A DNA stretch of 64,000 nt from NCBI GenBank assembly GCA_051362555.1, contig CM120646.1:992001-1056000 (forward strand), in the 5' to 3' direction. This document shows, in pieces, positions 53,401 to 64,000 of the stretch. Source of the stretch: Lingula anatina. Taxonomy: Eukaryota > Animalia > Brachiopoda. The notes below the pieces were generated by a model that did no database searches, was not told the DNA's origin, and saw only the letters and a program-made list of their open reading frames with translations. The stretch's first letter is position 1; each line of letters starts with the position of its first letter. The translations under genes and the position numbers were made by a program.

Positions 53401-55320
53401 CCAGACCTTCCGTATGAATGTGCGTTGAGATAGTACAAAGTCTACATATACTACAACTACTGGTATTGTATATGCTAGTATATATATAATATATTAAAAG
53501 TAACACAATATAAAGATACTCCTTAACAATATATTAACAGATTCAACTAATTTTCTTTTAAAGAATATTACATTTAAGTGGTCTACTTATAATTATCAGA
53601 ACAATCAATATCTAGCATCATGGTGATCACTGATGAATGTTTGAAAACTAAAACTATCTTAATAACTAGCCATGCTTATTAATATTAATTTCAGAATGGT
53701 ACATCTTGTATGGCTTATCTTGTTGCGTGCTGACATCTATATTCTAAAAGAGGGTACTGACAGGTGATGCTTTCTTGATTTTCAGGTGGCCTAGACTGTG
53801 ACAGAGTGGATTTTTTGTGGTCAAACCCATACGAATAAATTAGAAATTTATAAACTATCTATCATAACTTAAACAATGTCCATAAATATATGGAAGCATG
53901 AGGTCAGATTGTATGTCTAAATTGTCCATGAACTGACCTGCAGGAAAGCTCAAAGGCCACATTTCTGAGGAATCTTACGGTGGTCACTACTAGAAACATT
54001 TCTTTTCTCGTTGACGCTGCTGTCTGTAGAATTACTTATATGGAATGGCTAACATTCAATGTTTATTTTCGTAGTAAACGTTTTGAGATTTAGCTGGGAC
54101 GTTTTGTCCCAAGTCCCGAGTTGAAGTAGTTGTACCAGTAATGTTCTGTATCACAATTACAAACAAATGATGAAAAGCAAAATACTCAAAAACAGATTAT
54201 ATCTCAGAGTTAAAACTTATATGGAATAAAGAATAAGTGTAGCTGTATGACAGTTTAGATGGAAAGGGTTTATATAACACATTTCTTGCACTAAAATAGA
54301 CAATTTTACAGTTCAAAATCCAAACCAGTGCCTGAATATATTTTCAAACTAGGTGAAACTCCCTCAAAACTTTGCCCAAACTATCCAAAATCTGAAACTA
54401 CTTCAAAATTTGAAACCAGAGGAGAATATTAAGTCTGACAGCTTTGACCCTTTGCTGTAACTTTTTTAGTTTCTTCAGTGCAAGAATACTAATATTCCCC
54501 TAAAATAACATTTAGTTAGGAGAACATGAAAGTGGATTCAGAAATTCTGCAAAGTGAGTTGGTTGAATACCACCGAGTATATGTTGGTGAGTCAATAAAA
54601 ATGATAAATCTTGAAATGGTAAAATACCGTATCAGAATGAATGACGCATATGAAAATTTTAACTATGTAACTATTGAAACTAAAACATCAAACCAAATCA
54701 GTTATGAACAAAAACATTCTTACCTTGGTTGTTGGATCATATATGATATTTAGCACAAGCTGAAATTAATTTCACACGGTTAGCTTGCGGTCAACCTGGA
54801 CGTAGGTCTTCATCAGACGGAGGTGAGTTGTTATAAGCTAATGGTATGATAATTATATTCAGCTTGTGTTTATAAGTATCATCTATAACAGAATTATGGT
54901 TCACAGAAAATCTTAAGGTCACTTACAAGGTTCCTTCTTCTTTTAGTCTAAAAACTCAACTCTCACACCAAACCTTAATTGTTTTGACTCATATTTCTAC
55001 AGTAATGATTCTAGTCACCTCTGATAAATCAAGTCACCTTCAGTGGCGTATTCATTTTAAAACAGTCCCGCACTGCTATAATTGCTTACTTAGTCCCCTT
55101 CATGAAGTGGTCTAACCAAATTTGGGTGGCTAATCCCATCTCTGTTCACCTCAAGTAGTAGTCTATCTGAATTAAGAAGGCCTAGTCCATCTCTGTTCAC
55201 CTCAAGTAGTGGGCTATCTGAATTTACAAGGCTAAGCCCAGCCAATTCATTATATTTTCCTTGTGGACACTGACCCAGTTCTGTCTTTGCTAAGTTTATG
55301 AACTTGACATCGCATCTAGA

Positions 55321-57153
55321 TTAAGTTTCTAAGATTTCAAAACTGTTATTTTTCTTGCTAATTTTCACCCCTCCCATGTTGTTTCCGGAATTAGCTTCTT
55401 TGAAGGCCATTTGCGTAGACTTTCCACTTAATTCTGCTTGGAAGCTGAAATTAGAGTCACAATTGCTGTTAAAACAAACTATTTTTAAATAAATAAAACA
55501 TTAAAGACAACTGTCTTCATAACTAATATTTACTTTTAAACATTATATACATATAAACTTTACCTTGCAATCTCCTTTCTAGGTCTTTCAGACACTTTCA
55601 TTACCATTTATTATTTTTTCTTTTCTGATTCAAGCTCAAAATAAACAACAGCTCATAACTATAACAATTTGGGTTTAAAACCCATACATGTTCACCAGAC
55701 TTTACAACGTAAAATGGAAGTTACAAAAAATTGATAAAAACGTTTATCTCTGGTTTTATAACACTTGTAATATTATATGCAGGAAGTGAGCTACAAATAT
55801 GATTATTTATTATAAAATATTGATATTTTGTCCTTTTGAGTACAGTTCACTTTACTTTTAACATTGACTAATTTGAATCTTTGTTAAACTTGCACATTTT
55901 TCCCAGTCTCAAAATATCCAAGCCATGTGGAGAATTATTTTTCCTGATAAAAAAATTAAATCATTGCTGAAGAGACTTATCATGTTTTTCCACCTCAGAG
56001 ACAAGACATTTCTCCCTTTTATAAAATCACATGGAAGAGTCAGTCCAGTAATTAAGGTCCTCTGATGACGGAATTCAAAATACCATGCCTCACTGGTAGA
56101 AAAACATGTTTAGTCTTTTTAAAAATAATTTAATTTTTATCTTTTTTACACAAGAGACAATGAAAAACATTTCACTGCATTTATCAATATCTGAAAAACA
56201 AAATAATTGGTTTTTAAAAAGACAATATTAAGTTATTTGTACCAAACATGAATCGCTAGTGAAATACCCCTTAAATTTATATGTAGATACAGGATGAATT
56301 CACAATTGTTAATCATAACAAAAATACAGAAAAAAAGGTTTTGTTTCTCTTAATTTTGAAACCTGTGCAGACGTACATTGGTGAGATGATCACATCTGGC
56401 GTGGCCCCAGAGCTGTTGTGAATCACAAGGTATAACTTGGCCACCAGTTCAATGACATGATCTACACTGAAGATGAAATCTCCTTTCTTTACATCTTTAT
56501 TTCCATTTTCATACTGAAAAAAATATGAACAATGTTTTATGTTTTTACATATAATCTTGTTTTCCCTATACATCTAAAAAAAGCAAAATAAAATCTTTTA
56601 GTTTGATTTATTTCAGTATATTCAAATGAAGTAAAAAACATGACACAATATTATCAAAAATAACACTTGGGATCAGCAAGCAGCAAAACTATATATGTAG
56701 CTGTGTTTCTAGAGACCTAATGTATCCATGGATACCATATAGACCTAATGTATCCAGGGATACCACAACCCCTCCTTGGTGATTTGTCCTTTAAATAGCA
56801 TAATTTATTCCCCTACCTTCTTGACGTGAACAACAACCAGAGTGTCGGAGAAGGGACTAAGGGAAAGTTTTTCAATCATGTTGACAGGAATTCTGTATTT
56901 GACTGCTAGGGAGCGCTGATCCACTACTAATAAGGCACTGGTACTGACCACCAGAAGTTTACTGGCCATCTGGAAATAAAGGAAATGTATAGAATAGTGG
57001 AAAGAGAGAAGAGAGAGGTCAGTGTCACAAAAGACTTTCAGCCAGGGTATTGGTCCTAAATTATACAACAAAAATCTGGTTTAAGTTCAAAGTTAGTCCA
57101 TAACAGTTTGCTCAAATAATGTATAGGGCTGAAACATAAGCAATGTCTTTCTT

Positions 57154-57186
<33 letters not shown>

Positions 57187-60100
57187 TTCAGTTTTTTAAC
57201 TGGCCTAGGGTCACAAAAGACAAAATGGTTTTAAATTTTAGACTACTGGTAATTTCTAGGCTAAAGTTTGAGATAATCATCCTAATGTGCTCACCTTTCC
57301 ATTTGACCTGTGTATTTTGCTGACTTGATCGGCAAAGACCACCTGCGTATCTCCTGTCTGTGATGCCACTTTCTGCCATTTTGTATTGTATCTTATTTTT
57401 ATGTAGTCTCCATTATATGGGTGAGCAACACTGTAATGGGAAAAATTCGTTTGTGATTATAGAATCCTCTCTATATCCTGCCATATTTTAAGTAACATGT
57501 TTAAACAAACAAACAAATAAGACAATATATAATTGCATTAATTTAAAAAAAAGTTATCTAACATCTCTCAGATGACTATTTAACCCAGGAAAAATACATC
57601 ATAGTGAGTGGTAGCAACAAAATTTTAAAATCAACTGAAGTTCTAAACTATTCCACTGGTATACAGTGAAAGCAGCACATATGTTACACATAATTTTATA
57701 TATATTTTAAAGACTCCAAAATTATGTGTCTGAAGATCAATAATTTTTCCTCATTGAAAATATTAAGCCATTACCATATATAGTATACAGGGAGAAAAAA
57801 CAATGGCTCTGTCCAGAGTTCTTACCTCTCTGGGTAATTGACCTTCTTTCCTTTAAAAATATTACTTGCTGTCACTTTCTCCCTCATTTTGGACTTGGCA
57901 GCATCATCGAACTTTGCTCTGTATTTATTACACTAGAAGTCAAATAAAAAACATTAAATTTTGTGCAAACAGCATCATTAAATTTTGCTCTTTTTCTACT
58001 ACAATAGAAAGCAAACAAATTTTACGAACAATACATGAAATCACATAATGTTCTCAATTTGCTATCATGTATTTTTTCTTTAAAAAAAAATCTAACATGA
58101 TTCTGAATCTGTATGCCAACATCAGTGTGGAGTCGGTATCAAACATGTTGGTATCATACAAGTGCTTCTGTGTTCTGCATCTTGTCCAATTCAAAAAGAA
58201 ACGCCCCGACTCCTCTCATGTACCTTGTGACACTCACCCGCCACCTATGGTGTATTTTCCGTATTTCCTCCGAGGCCTCTTTATGCAGCATAGAGCATTC
58301 AGGCCACTTCTGATCTATGGGGGACAGGCTAGGCAACTTTTTGGACAAGTCAAGAAGAAATTTCCTTTTCTGAAATGATACATGTGTAGGTGGTAATGTT
58401 GCCTACTGTAACATAATTTTTTGTAATTATGATGCATCAAAAATAAGCCCCTAACACCAATCACTTCATAAATTGTTGCTGCAGTTCATGTCCTGATTCT
58501 ACCCTTTGGAAAGTTTTGTTTTTATATATATTAAAATTTAATGAGTTTGAAATTGATTAAATTTTGCAAGTACATGTAAAAAAAGGTATTTCCCTTTGCC
58601 CTTGCAAAAAGAAATAAAATGAAATAATGACAAAAAACATGAAGGCACTAGAGCACAGAACAATCTAAAATGGTGCTGGAAATGGGTTTTACAAGACCAA
58701 AATAAAATAGACTGTAATAATCTTTGAAGAAAAAAAAACAACAAAAAACACTTACCAGTGACACTTGCAGAAAACGGATCATAATAGGGACAGCATGAGA
58801 GCGGAACTTTCGTCGGTACTCTCTCCGTACCTGCCAACCTTGGAAGTATTTCCTTATGACACCTACGGCCCACAGACACAACTTTGCGCGACGGATTTTC
58901 TTGGCCAATTGCCTAGCCTGAAAAGTCAATTTGATGTCTTTATGAAACATGTCTATACTAGTAAGCATATATTACCTTACTTTTTGGCAAAATGCCTATT
59001 AAAAACTAGATCATTTACTCCAAAGAAATTTTTTTCAAATTTCTCTTTTATTAGCCTGATTACTGCCAGAACCTATTCCATCTAACATCAGGACCAGATC
59101 TTCACCAGCCTACATAAAACTTTGCATAAAACTGTGCATAAAATTGTTGCCTTTTTTTCTCCAAACAATGAAAAATATTCCAGATGACTCAACCCCTCAC
59201 CTTCCAGCCTCTCTGGTATGACTGCATCGTAATGATTGCCTTTCTTGTTCGCAGATAGTTCTGCCTTTCCTGCAAGTATTTCAATATCAAAATCATAGAC
59301 ATTCTCATAAATATTATAAATAAAATTCTTTCTATGGTGATTCTCTTTGGCTGTTGAAGTGTGTTCGTTTTGTAGCACTTTTAGAAACCAACAAATCCAT
59401 TGCTGCTGGTAGAACTCTTCATAATACACGTATGAAATAAAAATCATTACCCAGTATTTTTCTGAAGGTAGATAAAATATAGATGAGCAGCAGCACAGAT
59501 GAGCTGATACACCAAGTGCCGTAATTTACCCTGTATCCCCTCCATTGACTTGCTATCAGGATTTCGCTCCTCTTCATCTTCTGGAACAGTTCCTTCTGGT
59601 GCCATCCTCTGTAGATCTTCTGTACTACTGTGGCCAGGTAGTGCATTCTGTCTCGCCGCCTCTCCTCAAGGTCAAATAGCTGAAATAAAGGTCAAGGTCA
59701 AAAAGGTAATACAAATGTCAAGGTCAAACAAAGGTCAAGGCCACTTGACTGAAATAGAGGTTAAGGTGCATTGCCAATAACCATTGTCAAGAATTAATAA
59801 AGTTAGACAGAGGTAAAATGTTTCTTCAAAATTATATGTAAGTCAATGCCATTTCTTATTAATGTCAAATTGAAAATGTTAAATTCCTTCCAGAAAAAAG
59901 TTTTTTTAAATGAAATTTTGCATCAGATGCCACAATTGAACCCTAGGCATCAATTGGCCACATTTTAATCTTTCTTTTTTTCCTTTTTTGTGGCATGCTT
60001 TCCAATGCCTCAGTAATATTGATAGAGTTAAGCCTAAATTAAAATTCCATGATAGAATAGCATGTACAACCCACAACAACAATTTTACCACTTTCTAATT

Positions 60101-60639
60101 TCATTCTTTCTAAAGAAAAATAATGCAGAAATATTTCTCACCGTGCGTGGATTCCTCACAAACAGTTTTGTCTTGCCAAAGGTATATTCATCACTGGAGA
60201 TGTCTTGGGCGATCAGGATTTCCTTGACGCCATCTTTGGGGACCCCATACCAGTTGGGCCATGTTGCAGCGGAGAGCATCTTGTAGCGATACACAAACTG
60301 AGGGTAAAGCTGTCTGAAGGCATAGCCTGCACGTCTTACTCGGACATTTTCCATCAACCTACGAGAAAAATAGAACTTTTAGTTTACAAAACACTCAATT
60401 CATACAAAACCTCACTTTTCCGAGATTTTACCTTATCACTTTTATTTCCCCTCTGAAAAAAATTTTTCAAACATGTTACAAAGAAAATATCACCTACATC
60501 AGTTTGTTTTGGGAAAAATATTAATTCACCATGTTCAAATTTCCTGTGTCATTACTGTACTGGCTACTTACCCCAGATACCTGACCTGGTGTCTCACTAA
60601 GTGTTCCTCAAACACACGCGCCCTCTTCTGTTCATTAGG
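55321..60639 (-). CDS. Class I unconventional myosin, short-tailed (MYO1A/B-like): end of motor, IQ neck, TH1 tail; 5' exons beyond window
   Basis: Exons 60639-60572, 60358-60142, 59679-59530, 59269-59201, 58917-58756, 58369-58238, 57932-57826, 57430-57295, 56969-56817, 56513-56377 and 55444-55321 join in frame. They give PNEQK...[39 protein letters not shown], four IQ-like repeats, and TH1 motifs FKGKKVNYP, VVFADQVSKIHRSNGK and KGDFIF. No SH3 precedes the stop. Confidence 0.93.
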
Positions 60640-60820
60640 CTGCAAAGAAATAGTCAGTGCAATAATAAATTAGGTAAAAAATTATTTGATAAATAACTAA
60701 TAATAATAAAATTTACTTTACAACTGAAAGCTGGATATCACACTCAGTCTACTAAAAATTCAAGGTGACTTTGAAACTGGCATCATAAGTCACTGAGGAT
60801 CGTATTTACCATGGTACATT

Positions 60821-60822
<2 letters not shown>

Positions 60823-60859
<37 letters not shown>
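60823..60859. repeat. (AG)n microsatellite
   Basis: Directly visible. Confidence 0.95.
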
Positions 60860-60862
<3 letters not shown>

Positions 60863-63800
60863 ACCTAAGGTATATCCTATCCAAAACCATAGAGAACTTA
60901 CAATCTTTAGACCTTTTCTACAGTCACAAGCAAAATTCACCTTCGTGATTAAGGGGACATTGTTCAAATATCTATTAACGCTCACTGTGTACCTTTATAT
61001 TTTTACATACTTCAACGGACCATGACTGAAATGTTGATCAATAATGGCTCTCTAATAAATATCGTAACACAAATAACCACTACCATGAAACCTCTTCAAT
61101 TTGTGTAGAGACATATCTGTCAAAACACCTAGGTTGCTGAGATCAATGTAGTAGTACTTTTTGTTGTTTTAATTATTAATACAAGTAAGTTATCAACAAC
61201 AGAATATCATCATAAAACAAACATTTTACAAAAAATTTTTTTTCAAGGAGTAGAAATGACAATACTGGCCATTTTGAGCATAATCTGTTTTTTTTTTTTA
61301 ATCATCTTAATTCAATAAATATCATCTCTCCTGTAAATTTCATCTATCCCATGCTGCATTACAACAGCCTCCCTCTGTTTGTGATCACAACAAATACTGT
61401 GAATTTCAAATTTCTTCAATAATTATCCTAGATGGCTTCCCACTGCAGCAATTTTATCACAGTTAAGCTAATAATGTGATGTTGTTTTCTGAAATCTAAT
61501 TCCAGATTTCATCGTTGTGAGTAAAACACCCTCAGTCTTGGAAGATGTTTGTATTGCGCACTTATGCTATAAAAATGTTTTAATATTTTATCACCCTTGT
61601 TCTGTGGGCTATAATATTGCAAGGCTATAATACTGCAAGGTTTTCCTGTCACAGTTTCTATGAGCAAAGAGCTGCCAGATGTCATACATGTGTCACAGAG
61701 TTCATCCCTTAGAATCTGACCCAGGACCAGCATTTGGTAGGTGCAGTAATTACATGAAAATTCCATATGCCTCACTCATTTAAATATTTCATATTTTAAA
61801 GATTTATCATTTTTAGTAAATCAAAAAAGTGCTTTCTGACACAGAGCCAACTCACTTTGGAGAACTGATGAATCAACAAAATCAGACATTGTTTTTAAGA
61901 GCAGTATCTAAAAGCATGTTGTTCCAATTTAATAAGATAATTGCCATTAAACCATTACATTCAGGGACTCCATGCACACTGCTTAATCATAAACATATTA
62001 ATGACACAGTATGTTACCTTGGAACAGAAACAAAACTTATCTAAAGAGGGGTGGAAATTTAAAGCTGTTTCAAACTTCATTAACTTGAAATAAACACCAG
62101 TCCGCAAATTAAATAGTGTCACAGAAATCTTAAGTTAGTTTTTGAGCTAAAACTTTATGTCTAATAAGTCTTAGCTCTATTAGTGTAAAAGGTCACTCAC
62201 CTTGTATTTTCAATCTTTTAATTATACCCATGGGAATATTGTAAACTTTGTATACTCTCAGAGGTGAAAGTAGCCTAATTACATATGCCATACACACATT
62301 CACTACAATTCAACAATTCTCAAAAACAGTATGACCAATATCGCAAAGTCATCTTTGTATAGCCAGCTATCCCATTTCAGCAGTCTAAGCTTAGCCCAAG
62401 ATGTTTAGACTTTTTGTGAAGAAGTGTCTTGGCTGATAGCCCCTTTGTGCTGAACAGATATAGCAATTACAAATTAAAAACATCAATGAAATACACTGCC
62501 TGTTATCGACAATGTCACATGGCCCTCCTGTTGTTTCTTTCAGATATATTCCAAATAACACTGTTCCTTGATGCTCCTAAATAGTTATGTACTTTTAGCT
62601 TCATCATGATGGTAAATACACTTACACGTCCTTATATTTCCATAATTATTTCACAGATATCAGTTTAACATCTGGCATAATGTTGGCCAAGTGTCCAAGC
62701 TGTACGCTAAAGATACTTCAACACATCGTTTCACACTGATCAAATGAACATGTATGTTTCTACAATATACCAATCTCCTAATCCACTTCTGTACTGTACC
62801 AGTAATAGTTCAGTCATTACAATGCGGAACCAATTCTGGTTTTCTTGATTAGAAGCCAGTAGATCCATTTGAGCACTTTGCAAGCATTGTGATCAGACTA
62901 CTGCCTAGGGTCTACAGGAAGTAAGAAATTTCACAGAACATCAATCAAATGATATCCCTATAGAATTGTGAACTTTCTGGTGGTAAGAAACTACAGAGGA
63001 ATACACAAGCTACAAGTAAGGCATCACATGTATCCTGGTATTGAGTTGTGACTTGAGCCCAAAGGTAACTTGGACTCAAGCCACTGATCTTATGGTTGCA
63101 CATTCAGAAGATTTATTGCAACAAATATATATCAACAAATATAATGGTAATTACATGCATTATGAGAGTATACAAATCAAATGTAGAATGAAACTAATTT
63201 TACAAAGAAAACACTTCGGTAATTTATTGAGCCAAATTGAATTCTCAACACTGGAAACAACCTCTGCAACCAAATCTTATCATACATGGGATCAATTCCA
63301 ACACATTTGAGTAGTCAAAATTAGATAACATTGTGATTCTCACACAACCCTGCTTTAATAATGGACCCCTAGAGCTATGGCTACAATGATCAATTTTTTT
63401 GAATCACAAATAATATAACATAATGGTAAATAACCCTCAAGTTTGCACCAGTTACTATTTCATATATTAGATGTTTATTTATCAACTGCTAGCACCTTTA
63501 TTTGAAAGAGTTATCAGCTTCAGTTTCATCTTAATTTTGGGGATTTTAAAATCATCTTTTTACATGTTTCAGAACAAGCTGTGTTATCAAATGAAAATGA
63601 AAATTCAGCATCATTAAGTTTGTGAGAAATTAATTATTGTTAATAGACTAAGTGAAAGAACAACTTGTTTATTTTATACCGCTTGACATGTGAGCTTTTA
63701 TGATAGTTACATATCAGAAATAGAAATTATTCAAGACAACCTCAGAACTTGTGTAAAAGTGAATGCCATTTTGTAGGATTTGGAAGAGAGTGGAGTCAGA

Positions 63801-64000
63801 CATAATGGAAGATGAAGGGGTGTGGAATGGCAACTAATTTTAATTTTAAGCTTTAAAAAGCTGAAAGAATTTATTCAAGGATATTTTCTGATTGTTTTCT
63901 AGAATCACTTTTGCAGTTGGTATATTCCTTGTTTTTTTTTTTTGTTTTTGTTTTTTTGTTTTTTTTTTGTGCTATTTTTGGACTGTTTTATAACCAGGTT

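Noticed and set aside
55136-55230. Short local duplications (CCATCTCTGTTCACCTCAAGTAGT twice; also 51444-51521 and 56713-56765)
   Set aside because: These look like simple two-copy slippage duplications in UTR or intron, with no further structure.
60640-64000. Further myosin exons (donor-like sites at about 62200 and 62620)
   Set aside because: There is no YIRCIK-type or other motor-domain peptide. The region is treated as intron.

Overview
AT-rich, intron-containing animal genomic DNA, probably from a marine invertebrate (lophotrochozoan-like repeats; taxon not determinable). Most ORF-track entries are spurious, so I rebuilt the genes by hand from GT-AG exons. In order: (1) the 3' five exons of MRPL45 (+); (2) a single-domain peptidoglycan recognition protein with signal peptide, complete Zn-amidase residues and a GPI-type tail (+, about 249 aa); (3) a three-domain PGRP with signal peptide, one non-catalytic and two catalytic domains, and a GPI-type tail (+, about 645 aa); (4) an uncharacterised three-exon coiled-coil/low-complexity gene, possibly CCDC190-like (-); (5) complete ketohexokinase (+); (6) the 3' part of a short-tailed class I myosin (-). 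Non-coding DNA holds a Helitron/Helentron-like element with a 146-bp tandem array, PIF/Harbinger-like and other MITEs, LINE remnants and microsatellites. The most interesting object is the PGRP locus: four phase-compatible five-exon cassettes, predicted surface-anchored amidases plus a dead domain, NF-kB-type sites in the first intron, and a possible fossil GPI tail inside an intron.
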